Below are positions 40,329 to 52,711 of a stretch of DNA of 64,000 bases, one piece after another. The notes under the pieces are model-generated. The model made no database searches. It saw only the letters and a list, made by a program, of their open reading frames with translations, and was not told where the DNA came from. The number at the start of each line of letters is the position of its first letter. Position 1 is the first letter of the stretch. The position numbers and the translations under genes were made by a program. Source of the DNA: Squalus acanthias (lineage: Eukaryota); NCBI GenBank assembly GCA_030390025.1, contig CM059431.1:103356001-103420000 (forward strand), given 5' to 3'.

Positions 40329-40755
40329 CAGCTGTGGCTCAGTGGGTAGCACCCTCGCCTCTGAGTCAGAAATTTGTGAGTTCAAGTCTCGCTCCAAGCA
40401 CAAAATAAATCCAGACTGACAGTCCAGTGCCGTACTGAGGGAGTGCTGCACTGTTGGAAGGTGCCGTCTTTCGGATGAGACGTCAAACCGAGGCCCCGTC
40501 TCTCTCAGGTGGACGTAAAAGATCCCGCGGCCACTATTTCGAAGAAGAGCAGTTCTCCCCGGTGTCCTGGGGCCAATATTTATCCCTCAATCAACATCAC
40601 TAAAAAAGATGATCTGGTCATTATCACATTGCTCTTTGTGGGAGCTTGCTGTGCGCAAATTGGCTGCTGCGTTTCCCACATTATAAACAGTGACCACACT
40701 TCAAAAAGTACTTCATTGCCTGTAAAGCGCTTTGGGACATCTGCTTTCTTTCTGT
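40329..40755 (+). mobile_element. DeuSINE inserted between L-A motifs B and C
   Basis: Head, Deu domain and truncated tail. Confidence 0.9.
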
Positions 40756-41477
40756 CGCTTGTCCAAGCTATCTCTCATTACTTCTGTGAATTCTCCTTTC
40801 CATCTCTCGTTTGTCCCAATGATACAGCTGTTAGCTCCCCCATGGTTTAATCTCTTAGCAGATTGATTGCGAATTAAATGAGAATTATTTTTTCTCTCTT
40901 TTTTTATGTGTAGCGCCCGGAATTACTCAGCGCATTTTCTTGCAGGTAAAGTGATGCAAAAACGCAGCAGCCACTCCGAATAACAATGTAATAATGCTGC
41001 AGAATTACTTATTAACCATCTGATAAACAGGTGAACACTACAGATAAATCTCGGCGTGTCAAACTGGTGCCCAAAGTCAGAAAAAAGGTTTTGAAGAGAA
41101 TTGCATTGAGAATCATTGCCAGTTGTCTCAAACTGCTAGCTATGGGTCTGACTGTCAATTACTTTCTATTGCTTATTTTTTGATATGAATGCCAATTATG
41201 TTACGCTGGTGAAATTGGCTACTCAAGGCAGTTGCAGATGTCAACAATGTTTGCCTGAATAGTTACTGAATGATGGACGGGTTGCATGCGAGGAGTTCCA
41301 AGAGCCATATACTGCGTTGGGAGAAAAAAACATGCCAGATCTGTGCGAGTGAAAACAAGCCTATCCCTTTGGCATCCGCCTAGCTGGAGGGTGCAGCCTC
41401 AGAGATAGTATTTAGGAGGTTTACGAGATTGAAGGTGGGCTCGTACTTTGCAGGCTGCATTTCAGAAGTGTACTTCA

Positions 41478-42017
41478 GGCCTCAGCTGGAGTATTGTGGC
41501 CAATTCTGTGGCACCGCACTTTAGGAAGGATATCAAGACCTTGGAGGGGGTGCAGAGGAAGGTTTACCAGAATGGCACCAGGGATGGGGGACTTCAGTTA
41601 TGTGGAGAGACTAGAAAAGCTGGGATTGTTCTCCTTAGAGCAGAGAAGGTTAAGGGGAGATTTGATAAAGGTGTTCAAAATGATGAGGGGTTTTGATAGA
41701 TTGGATGGGGAGATACTGTTTCCACTGATAGGAGGGTTGGTAACCAGAGGACACAGATGTAAGGTAATTGGCAAAAGAACCAGAGGTGAGATGAGGAGAA
41801 TGTTTTTCACACAGCGAGTTGTTGTGATCTGAAATGCGCTGCTTGAAAGAGCGGTGGAAGCAGATTCAATAGTAATTTTCAAAAGGGAACTGGATAAATA
41901 CTTGCAGGGCTATGGGGAAAAAGCAGGGGGGAGTGGGTCTAATTGGAGCGCTCTTTCAAAGAGCCGGCACAGGCACGATGGGCTGAATGGCCTCCTTCTG
42001 TGCTGTTGATTCTATGA
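41478..42017 (+). mobile_element. CR1 3' end
   Basis: LGLFSLEQRRLRGDLIKVFK. Confidence 0.9.
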
Positions 42018-42367
42018 TATTGTGCACTGAGTGCTTGATGCATGGAGAATCCAGCCATCCCCTGACTTTGAGTGGACATCCATTAATCTTCCTTGCCTTG
42101 ACACTCTACCTTAGAGTGGAGAACCTTTGCCTCATGAGCTCCGATGAGTGATGCACAGAGAAAACTGCAGTCACACGATTGGCTGCCTTTTGCCAGGACA
42201 ACGTATGCAATGTTTCTCTTAAGAGGGTTCCCTTCTGCCCCCCCAAAAATTGCCATCTTCCTGAGTACCACCTGCCGCATCTCCTCCAATCATTTTCAAT
42301 ATAGTACAGTGAGGCTTCGCCATCTCCTGTGCAGCATCCCTTTAAGAGCTGCTGCACTTTGAATCCT

Positions 42368-42922
42368 CAACAACAACAACAACTTGTATTTATATAGTGC
42401 CTTTAACGTAGTAAAACGTCACAAAGCGCTGCACAGGAGTATTTTAAGACAAAAAATTTGACACCGATCTACATAAGGATAAATTAGGGCCGGTGACCAC
42501 AAGCTTGGTCAAAGAGGTAGGTTTTAAGGAGCGTTTTAAAGGAGGCAAGGGAAGTAGCGAGGCGGAGAGGTTTAGGCAGGGAATTCCAGAGCTTAGGGCC
42601 CAGGCACGGCCACCAATGGTTGAGCGATTATAATCAGGGATCCTCAAGAGGGCAGAATTAGAGGAGCACAGATATCTTGGGGGGGTTTGTGGGGCTGAAG
42701 GAGATTACAAAGATAGGGAGGGAAAAGGCCATGGAGGGATTTGAAATCAAGGATGAGAATTTTGAAATCGAGGCGCTGCTTAACTGGGAGCCAATGTAGG
42801 TCAGCGAGCACAGGGGTGATGGGCGAATGGGACTTGGTGTGAGTTAGGACACGGGCAGCTGAGTTTTGGATGACCTCAAGTTTACGTAGGGTGGAATGTG
42901 GAAGGCCAGCCAGGAGTGCGTT
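42368..42922 (-). mobile_element. L2 3' end
   Basis: KLEVIQNSAARVL..LADLHWLPVKQR and (ttg)n tail. Confidence 0.92.
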
Positions 42923-43074
42923 GTGACTCAGTGCTTCCTGCATATATGATAAATGTATAGGGAGATAAAGCAAATTATTTAAATTAGTTAAATTCACAGA
43001 ATCTCTTTACCATGCCCCTGCATCCCTTACTTTAAAAAAGGTAAGAGATACAACTTTATAAGTAAACAGATACA

Positions 43075-44485
43075 TGATTAGGAAAGCAAATTGTATGTTG
43101 GCCTTTATTACAAGAGGATTTGAGTATAAGAGTAAAGACGTCTTACTGCAATTATATAGGGCCCTGGTAAGACATAACCTGGAGTATTGTGTACAGTTTT
43201 GGTCTCCTTACCTAAGGAAGGATATACTTGCCATAGAGGGAGTGCAATGAAGGTTCACCAGACTGATTCCTGGGATGGAGGGGGATTGTCCTATGAGGAC
43301 AGATTGAGTAGACTAAGCCTATATTCTCTGGAGTTTAGAAGAATGAGAGGTGATCTCATTGAAACATTTTGGGCCAAAAATTCATCCCGCTGCGCGAGAG
43401 TACGCACTGCGTACTCTCGCGTATTCTCTCTCCAATTGCCGGTTTTCTGCATGCCCTGCGCATGCGCTGAAAACCGGCACTTGGTCTTTGGAAAAGGGGG
43501 CGGTTCTTCGGTGCATCGCGTGCGCGCTACAGGCTGCGCGCACGCTGTGCACTTAGTGCTTTGGACGCGCAGGTAAGGACGGAAGATTTTAGAAATGGAA
43601 AAAGGAGGAGTAAGACCCACTTTTAACAAGGTAAGTAGTGAATTAAGTATTTTTTTGAATTTTTTTTAACAGGTATATCTTTTTTAGAGACTTTAAAGAC
43701 AGGTAAGTTTATTTTTATAACTTTTTAAAAGATTTTAAATTTTTTCAAAAATTTTATTTTTTATTTAAAATGGTTAATTTATTTAACTATACTTATTTTA
43801 TTAATGTGATGGTTTTTTTTTTTAATTTAATTGAGGTTTAGCTGTTATTTTGGGGGGGTGTAAGATTCATAGCTTTCACAGCACGTATGTGAAACTTATG
43901 AATGGAAGATGGTGTGCTGTCATTGGCTCTAACTGAGTCACGTGATCCCACAGCTCGCACGAATTCACTATGCCGGTGGGATACGCAAGCACTGCCCAGC
44001 TGATGTCTGGAACATCAAGTTCGTGCGAGTTGGATCTGAAAAAGCCAACGAGGAGTGAGAGATCGCGCCTGCTCCTTACCCCCGCGGGAACAGAGCGAGA
44101 TCAATTTCTGGGCCAATGTTTTTTTACAGGGCTTGACAGGGTAGACGCAGGGTGGATGTTTCCCCTGGCTGGGGAGTCTAGAACTAGGGGTCACAGTCTC
44201 AGAATAAGGGGTCGGCCATTTAGGACTGAGATGAGGAGAAATTTCTTCACTCAGAGGGTGGTGAATCTTTAGAATTCTCTACCCCAGAGGGCTGTGGAGG
44301 CTCGGTCATTGAGTATATTCAAGACTGAGATCGATAGATTTTTGGACACTAAGGGAATCAAGGGATATGGGGATAGTGCGGGAAAGTGGGGTTGAGGTAG
44401 AAGATCAGCCATGATCTTATTGAATGGCGGAGCAGGCTCGAGGAGCCGTATGGCCGACTCCTGCTCCTATTTCTTATGTTCTTAC
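43075..44485 (+). mobile_element. CR1 3' region split by MITE A
   Basis: RRMRGDLIET|MITE|TGLDRVDAG..RTRGHSLRI. Confidence 0.9.
43371..44114. mobile_element. MITE family A (reverse orientation)
   Basis: TIRs gggccaaaaatt / aatttctgggcc; close reverse complement of 26033-26776. Confidence 0.9.
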
Positions 44486-45264
44486 GCAAGATCTTTTGTT
44501 GTGTATCACAGACCACCTACACATGAACTGAATGGAAGCCATTTGAGTTGATGTAGTCCAAGGGGATTTATGGCCGGTTCCCTATCTTCACTTGTGTGCA
44601 GTTGATGACACTCAACATTTTGAGTAAGGTGAAGAATTGTTGCTCTTTCTAGAATTTCTGCTCCCACCACTACAGAATGGATGAGTCCACAATCCCCTCT
44701 GGGACAGTACGTCAATCATGTCTCCATTCCAGATGGAGCTTGTAGTCTGTTTGTCCTAAGTCAACATCAGGCAATTATAACGAGCTGAAGGCAAGAAACA
44801 TTCAGAACAGTTGCGGCCTTCACAGTGATTGACAAATAGGTTCTAGTCACAGAGGAGGCCCTTGGGCCATCTGCATCTGCTAACATTGGATACAGTTCAG
44901 TAATTGCCTCCATGAAGAGTCTCACTTCCTTATTAGCCCCACCCATAACAGGTTGGGCCTGTGAACTCTCTCCCTGATATGAGGTAAGGTTTTGCGAGAA
45001 CTCCAAGTTCCCTGGAGGGCCTCACAAGCCACGGAAATCGCAATATCCCTACCAGGTGCACGCCTGTAGCTTTGCAATCCCTTTTGGTTGCACGCGATAC
45101 CCTGACAGAGGTGTAGGGTCCCTCAGAATCTAGCCCGTGATCTTTGGAGTCCTGTGTACTGAACTTTCTGTTTATCCCCATCTGAAAAGATGATGGCCAC
45201 AATGACAGAAGCAAAGGCCATCTTGCTACCTGCTTGCTGAGTTTGACAAACTACATGTACTCTT

Positions 45265-45675
45265 GGTCCCACTCCAGGGACTTGAGCACATAAAGCTAGG
45301 CTGACACTCCAGTGCAGTGCTGAGGGAGTGCTGCACTGTCGGAGGTGCTGTCTTTCGGATGAGACGTTAAACCGAGGCCCGTCTGCTCTCTCATGTTGAC
45401 ATAAAAGATCTCATTGCACTATTTCGAAGAAGAGCAGGGGATTTATCCCCAGTGTCCTGGGCCAATATTTATCCCTCAACCAACATAACTAAAAAAACAG
45501 ATTATCTGGTCATTATCACATTGCTGTTTGTGGGAGCTTGCTGTGCACAAATTGGCTGCCATGTTTCCCACATTACAACAGTGACTACACTCCAAAAAAG
45601 TACTTCATCGGCTGTAAAGCGCTTTGAGACGTCTGGTGGTCGTGAAAGGCGCTATATAAATGCAAGTCTTTCTTT
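45265..45675 (+). mobile_element. DeuSINE
   Basis: Deu domain and tail. Confidence 0.9.
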
Positions 45676-46929
45676 TACCAATTCTCAGTGACCTCGGCAG
45701 GTCATTTCATCAATCAGAGATGGCAAAGTCTCCTGCTTTAATAAGATCTCCCATCACTTAATGTACCTGTTATATTTTCAACAGGTTATATACCTGTGCC
45801 AGAAGTTGGTAAGCTCAATCTGAAAGCCTTGAGTTCTTGAACAGTGGACAGGGGGCAGATAGAAGGTGACCCCCCCCCCCACCCCTGCCCCCGCCCCTCA
45901 CCGAACAGCCACTCGAAATGCCCGAAATAGCCGGTCCTTTTAATACGGTTTAAGCGGCGCCTTTTTAAATGACGCACATTGTGATGGCAATCGGTCAGCA
46001 CCATTTGCCCGATATAGGCGGATGTCCGGGATAAGCGGGAACGGTGTAAATGATGGGGTCAATAATTGGTGACATCAAGACAGATTTGTGGCTTGGATTA
46101 TCAGATTTGTGCAGGCTGTATAAGGGGATTAATATCAGCTGGTAACAGCATTAACGTAGAGTGCTTCAGCTTGGTTATGTTAACCTAGTTCCTTCCTACA
46201 TTGGGGCTCAGTAACTCGTCAAAGTCATTTCCTTGGTGCTATCAACACCTACTAACCAAGTAGAAATGAGGAAAATTGACAGGAAAAGTGTCAGAGGAGC
46301 GACTAAATTGATCCTAGAGCCATTTTCAGCATCGTTTAAGAGGGCAAGTAATGGGATGGAGCATGTTTCCACCAATTTTCTATCCCACGGTCTATTTTTC
46401 CCAAATTCCCTGCTGCTTTTTGGTCCTTCCCATAGTCTGCCCTGAGTATAAGAAAGAAAGAAAGACTCCATTTGAAGTCAATCGAGAATAGAATTGGGCA
46501 GGGTGTAAAACCGCCATTCCACCCGATCCCATCAGTTTCCCACTGGGCGGGTTAGGTTAGGTTAGGTTAAAATTAGCCCTACTGTATCCACTTGAATAAT
46601 GGAAGGTTGCCAATAAGAAATCAACACCGACTAGAACTTTTCACAACCTCAGGACGTCTCAAAGTGCTTTGCAGCCAATGAGATACTTTTGAAGTGGAGT
46701 CACTCTTGTAATGTAGGAAGTCTGATTATTTATATGTATTATGGTTGGGCCAGTGGCACGGTAAGCTGTGGGGGGTTTCCTGCTTTTTACACACGGAAAG
46801 CACTTGGGTAGAATGAGAATTCTAAGGTGCAGCAGTTGCCGGGATCAGCTGAGGCAGGCAGGAGTGAGGAGTTTGTGAGCTGGAAGAGAGGGGAGAGTTT
46901 CAATAGCACTTTCTGCAGCCGGGAATGAC

Positions 46930-48150
46930 TACGTGCAGTGATTACTTTGGCACTCTGCTACAGAGACCTTCCCCCACCCACAGTAAGGGCTTCTCAGGAG
47001 CAGGCATGGCGTTCCCTACGGGCATGCCCTTGTAGACCGTTATCATGGAGGAAGAGCAAGAGCAGCACAGGATAGAGCAAAGGACAGTCAGGCAGCATTT
47101 CAAGAGGATGGACCCCCACCCATTTATTATCTTCCCGCCACAGAATATACAGGCAATGCAGGCCATCTGAGGACCTTAGTGAGAGGATGTGTGTAAGAAG
47201 AGTCAGCTTCACCAAAGACACTATCGGACTCTGCCAATCTACCGCACAAGGTCCTGTAGACACAGCTATCAGCATGCAATGCCCTCCCTGTGGCTATGAA
47301 GGTGATGACTGTACTCAAATCAATGGTGCAGGGTCATTTCAGCCAGCCATGGGGCATCTGTGTATTATGTTAGACCACACTTGGAGTACTGTGTACCGTT
47401 CTGGTCGCCATATTATAAAAAGGATATAAAGGCACTGGAGAGGGTGCAAAAAAGATTTACAAGGATGATACCAGAAATGCGAGGGTATACCTATCAGTAA
47501 AGGATGAACAGGTGGGTCTCTTTTCTCTTGAAAAGAGAAGGCTGAGGGGTGACCTAATAGAGGTCTTTAAAATTATGAAAGGTTTTGATAGAGTGGATAC
47601 AGAGAGAGTGTTTCCACTTGTGGGGAAGAGCATAACTAGAGGCCATCAATATAAGATAGTCACCAAGAAATCCAATAGGGAATTCAGAAGAAACTTCTTT
47701 ACCCAGAGAGTGGTGAGAATGTGGAACTCGCTACCACAGGGAGTGGTTGAGGCGAATAGTATAGATGCATTTAAGAGGAGGCTGGACAAGCATATGAGGG
47801 AGAAGGGAATAGAGGGTTACGCTGATAGAGTTAGATGAGGAAAGACAGGAGGAGGCTCGAGTGGAGCATAAACGTCGGCATGGACTGGTTGAGCCAAATG
47901 GCCTGTTTCTGTGCTCCACCTCCCTGATTGTGTGCGACCATGTGCAAAGCACGCTGCACGTCAACAACGCAAGGTACACTGGCAGTTGTCACGATGTAGT
48001 CACACCTCGCGCCTGCCTGACCGCTTCAGGGAAGGAAATCATGTCAACCAGTGGCGTGCTGATGGAGAGTCCCAAGCCTCAGCAAAGGGAGGTGAGAGAC
48101 AGCAAAACCGGCAGAATCGTGCTGCAGCTTGAAAGGCTAATGCAAAAAAT
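46930..48150 (+). mobile_element. Degraded Harbinger transposase (HARBI1-like), split by CR1 at 47362-47912
   Basis: [36 protein letters not shown], then IVCDH..NARYTGSCHD. Confidence 0.8.
47362..47912 (+). mobile_element. CR1 3' end
   Basis: GLFSLEKRRLRGDLIEVFK..FFTQRVVRMWNSLP. Confidence 0.92.
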
Positions 48151-48399
48151 CGAATAGTTGGCAGTCTGCCTCGGACTCCTCGGGGTTTCTTCAATTTAAC
48201 ACAAGCCGGAGAATTCCCTTCTTCTTCTTGCTCTGCGCTGCTTCATCCATTGTTCCAGAATGCTCATCTTTTAGGTGTCTGCGCCCAAGGCAGCCGCAGG
48301 TCAAACTGTCTTCTTGCATGGATCTGGCAGCGTCTGCTTCAAGCAATAAAAGTCTAAACCTTTTATACTGCAACCTGCAGTGTTAATTAATGCTTGCGA

Positions 48400-49900
48400 T
48401 CACTGAGTAAGATTAAGCTGGGACAACTGGAGGCTATTTTTCTCATGCTCAAAGCATAGCCCGGCGCTCTTTCTGTGTGGTGTTATAATAACATTTAGAT
48501 ATGGCTAATATCTTACTTGCACACTTAATAACATTTCCCCAATTATTTTGATGCCACCAGTGCACAGTTTCCAAACCAGGGATTACTGGTGTCAGTCAAA
48601 AGGCGACCTCTGATCAGAGCGCACTAGTACTCAAGGTTCAATGAGTTTCTTCTCAAGGTCCTTAAAAGCATTTTAAACAGTTTGGGGTCCAGTTCTAGGT
48701 CAAATAAACCTTTTTCTTTAATGTATTCAAGCATTGTGCGTTTGCTGAAACCAAAATTGACGATACGACCAGCCCAAGAAATGTCAATCACTCTCTTTAA
48801 TGTGCTGGAACTGGAGGTTTTACAGCTTCAGGTTTAGCAGGATCCATTTGTACACCGCCTGGAGGTACAAGAATGCGACCTAACTAAGTTGACCCTGACA
48901 TCATAATGTATATTCCCCTAATTGAAAGGCCAGCTCTTAGTTTGGCAAACTTTTCTTTTAATCCGCAGATAGTGCACAATTCTCTGAGGGAGAAATGTCA
49001 TCCAAATAGACAAAACCAATTTTGCACGTGGCCCGCGGAGGATTATTAACCTTCGGAATGCTCGAGTAACACCACCTAGAATTACACGCCAGACTTTGTT
49101 ACAAAAACCTGCCCCCGGTGTCCTGGGGCTAACATCTATCCCACAGCCAACATCACTGAAACAGATTATCTGGTCATTTATCTCTGGTTATGAGGATCGG
49201 GCAGGCAAGTGGAGCTGACGTAAGAGATTCAGCCACGATCTCACAGAATGGCGGAGCAGGCTCGAGGGGCCGAATGGCCGACTCCTGCTCCTATTTCTTC
49301 TGTTCTTCTGCTGTGCGTGGGAGCTTGCTGTGCGGCTGGCTATTGGCTGCCGCTTTTCTTACATTACAACAGTGGCTGCGCTTCAGAAAGTACTTCACTT
49401 GACTGTAAAGCGCTTTGGGGCGTCCTGAGGCTGTGAAAGGCGTGGTAGAAATTGCAAGTTCTTTTTTCTTTTAGTGCAAAAAGGGGGCGATGGGGAGTTG
49501 GCAGCCCGCTTTGCACCCCGCCCAATTTTCTTTCCCGTTGCAGTCAGTGCACGGTAATGCATCAGTAGATATTCAGTGTGTCATCGAAACTGGTAGCAGA
49601 CAGCTAAATCAATGATTGTCTGCTCCGCAAATTCTATACAGCTCAGATTGGAACTCCTGAGGCACGACAAGGGCTCTCGGGTCAATATGCGATGGTGTTA
49701 AATGCAAGGTACATCATTTTGAGTGACAACGGAAGCCACTGAGCCCTCCAGTGTGATGACACCAGACCTTATTGTCTGAAGGCAACAGCAAGAGAAAGTG
49801 GCACTAGCCCATCTATGAGACCCAGTTCACATTTGCTTCTTGGGGAATTGGATGTGTTTGCTCCCGAGGATCGCAGTCTCCTCAATTACAACGCAGAAGA
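48400..49900 (-). mobile_element. Ancient Gypsy pol remnant (protease?, RT, RNase H)
   Basis: Minus-strand GFVYLDDIS ~49015; GVQMDPAKPEAV ~48840; AFKDLEKKLIEP ~48660; ASKIL..YNTTQKE ~48500. Interrupted by a SINE at 49113-49470. Confidence 0.7.
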
Positions 49901-50621
49901 ATTACAAACACAGCCAACTGAACTGACATTACAGGTAAGACATGCAAAATACAAGAGCGTTCATGACACTTGACTGACTGACTACCTGTCTATCTAATAT
50001 AATAAAAATGGTCCCACTGTGCACATTTTCTGTTCAATTATGCCTCACTTTCTCTGTCACATCTGAGTGTCACACATAATTATGAGCAAAGTAAGCAAAA
50101 TTGTAGCCAAATCTATTGTACACTTGTAGCTCAGTAACTGATATGTAAATTTACTTGTGCTCAATGCATCTTCCTTCCTCTTGACTGGCAGATATGCAAA
50201 TGTATTAATTTTGATTCATTGATATGCAAATGTCTTACCAAGGCGAGGGTAAACTGATTTATTAACTCAAAATACTTTTTGAAGTCTTTTCATCTGCTAT
50301 TTTTCCCCACAGCTTATCAATAATAGGCAGGTTTGCAACATATTAAAAACATGCAATAATTGCATATTTCATAATTATGTGATTAAACACAGTTGTGTTT
50401 GAACACCTTCATTTACATTTACACCTGACAACCTTAGCCTGTCTCAATAGTCTGGGACTGAACTTAGTATTTTTTTCCCCCAAATTATCATTCTATCCAC
50501 AGAAAGGAAATTACCAACTAGAATTAATAGAAAGCATTGGTTAAAGCACAGTTTAAATACCCTCCGTAAACTTGAGGCCATCCAAAACTTGACTGACCGT
50601 GTCCCAACTCGCACCCCATCA

Positions 50622-50882
50622 CTTCTTCTTCTTCTTAGGCAGTCCCTCGGAACGGAGGATGACTTGCTTCCACATTAAAAATGAGTTCTCAGGTGACTGA
50701 TGAGTCTAATGTGGGACCTACAGTCTCTGTCACAGGTGGGGCAGACGGTGGTTGAAGGGGCGGATGGGTGGGGTGCTTGGGTTGACGTGCGCTCCTTGCG
50801 CTGCCTGCGCTTGGCTTCCGCTTGCTCCCGGCGAAGAGACTCGAGGTGTTCGGCGCCTTCCCGGATGCTTCTCCTCCACTTT
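50622..50882 (-). mobile_element. RTE-clade LINE 3' end nested in L2 (50560-51197)
   Basis: WRRSIREGAEHLE..AEAKRRQRKE..VCPTCDRDCRSHIRLISHLRTH and (gaa)n tail. Confidence 0.8.
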
Positions 50883-51199
50883 GTGCTCTGTGCTCGCTGA
50901 CCTACACTGGCTCCCGGTTAAGCAACGGCTCGATTTAAAAATTCTCATCCTTGTTTTCAAATCCTTCCATGGCCTCGCTCCTCCCCAACTCTGTAACCTC
51001 CTCCAGCCCCACAATTGTTCGAGATATCTGCGCTCCTCTAATTCTAGCCTCTTGAGCATCCCTGATTATAATCACTCAACCACCGGTGGCCATGCCTTCA
51101 GCTACCTAGGCCCTAAGCGCTGGAATTCCCTCCCTAAACCTCTCCGCCTCGCTACCTCTCTTTCCTCCTTCGCAATGCTCCTTAAAACCTACCTCTAGA

Positions 51200-51470
51200 T
51201 AGAGCCAGACCTTTCACGAGTGAAATTAGGAAACACTTCTACACTCAAAGGGTGGTAGAAGTTTGGAACTCTCTTCCGCAAACTGGGTCAATTGTAAATT
51301 TTAAATATGAGATTGATAGATTTTTGATAACCAAAGGTATTAAGGGATATGGGGGTAAAGGCGGGTAGATGGAGTTAGGTTGCAGATCAGCCATGATCAC
51401 ATTGAATGGCGGAACAGGCTCGAGGGGCTAAATGGCCATCTCCTGTTCCTATGTTCCTATGTTCCTAATA
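51200..51470 (+). mobile_element. CR1 3' end
   Basis: 3' ORF end plus cctgttcctatgttcctatg tail. Confidence 0.85.
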
Positions 51471-51829
51471 GCAACTTTTGAAAGGGAATTGGGTAAATAC
51501 TTGAAGGTGATCTTCGCAATGGGCTTGAATACAAGTATTTCCTTAATTTATACAACATGATATATAAGTTGAAAGCAAGTGGGTGCTACATTTTAAAGAT
51601 ACATTCATGTAAAGTTTCACATTAAAACTATTATCATCTGCTGAGTTCTTGCTTCAGAGGAAGCCTACTCAGGGAGAGACAGAAAGAGAAAAATGGAATA
51701 GTCACAGCAAATGTTGTCTTTGTTTATAGTGAGAACTCAAAAGCAATTATTGTTCATAAAATGTACTTATTTTTTATCACTCCAAAATTTAGAATTATGT
51801 TCAATAAAATATCTCCACCAACATTAATA

Positions 51830-52360
51830 CGATAGCAAAATACTGCGGATGCTGGAAAATTGAAACAACAACAGAAAATGCTGGAAACACTCAGCAGGCC
51901 AGGCAACATCCGTGGAGAGAGAAACAGAGTTAACGCTTCAGGTCGAAGACCCTTCGTCAGAAATGAGAAAAAAGCAGGAAATGAAACAGATAAAAAAGCA
52001 AGGGGGAGGCTGGGGGGAGGAATAAAAGAACAAAAGGGGTGGTCTATGGTAAGTAGAGACATTAAGAGATGCTCAAGGCGAGACGAGATGGTAATAGGAT
52101 AGGTTAAGAAACAAAAGGTGGCTCAGAAGTGTGAAGTGTGAAATGCCGGCAGAATGAGAGACAGCTGCCGTAGGGGGAGAGAGAGAAAAAAAGGGAAAAG
52201 GCACAAACCAAAAGGGTGGATAAAATGTATATATATATATATATATGATAGGGGCCGAGGTTATGATCTGAAATTGTTGAACTCTATGTTGAGTCCGGAA
52301 GGCTGTAAAGTGCCTAATCGGAAGATGAGGTGCTGTTCCTCGAGCTGACGCTGAGCTTCC
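51830..52360 (-). mobile_element. Penelope 3' end with hammerhead-like motif (51928-51964)
   Basis: QLEEQHLIFRLGTLQPSGLNIEFNNFRS* and the shared tail. Confidence 0.85.
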
Positions 52361-52711
52361 ACAAACATTAAATTTGGTGTTTTGTTACTGGTTTCTGGAA
52401 GTATATCTGTGTCTGTCTCTCTGACTTTTTATCGGGGTCTCTCCCTCGATCTCTTTCAGCCTCTCATATCATTTTTTCTCCATTTGTCTCTCCTAATTTG
52501 AGTGTTTATATTTCTACCAACTAAACACAGGTGATAATCAACGCATAATGAAAGGCTTTCTGTTTGTTTTCAACTAATTTATTTAAAAAATGAACTCAAA
52601 TCAGAATGATGAAAGACATTCTTTGTCTGCATGTATCTCTCTCAGCTTAATACATTTTCTGGACTTTATAGACTAAATATAATATTAAAACCAACTAGAA
52701 TCCACATCAGA

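Larger units (their letters stand above)
22930..46151 (-). pseudogene. Endogenous Mononegavirales-like L polymerase fossil (L-A), near full length, split by many TE insertions
   Basis: Manual minus-strand translation of non-TE islands gives L-like motifs in the correct order. N-terminal region: KPQICLD(+1nt)SPII 46094-46061 (cf. PEVHLDSPIV); ITELYPMLADADGPR ~44905-44860; EILERATILHLTQ ~44660-44620; GHP-equivalent region then LEEMRQVVLRK ~42330-42250. Polymerase core: NIIGIHIKK*AIE...SSLRQLAMIL (pre-motif A) ~41200-41105; LFGVAAAFLHH ~40985-40950; DGKENSQK** (motif B) ~40805-40775; LMQRYHKV (QGDNQ position) ~40315-40290; FGSHLN..SSSE (motif D) ~40240-40200; STFRGITDKL ~38450-38420; IQDDPF ~38075-38055. 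Capping and connector: CSAS*LPDK**N*SL ~36172-36125; VYFGFS (GxxT region) ~35940-35920; INYSMLTYIWAANSSEQLCNFLSCVL ~29825-29745. The islands sum to roughly 5.8 kb. The 3' boundary is uncertain. Confidence 0.75.
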
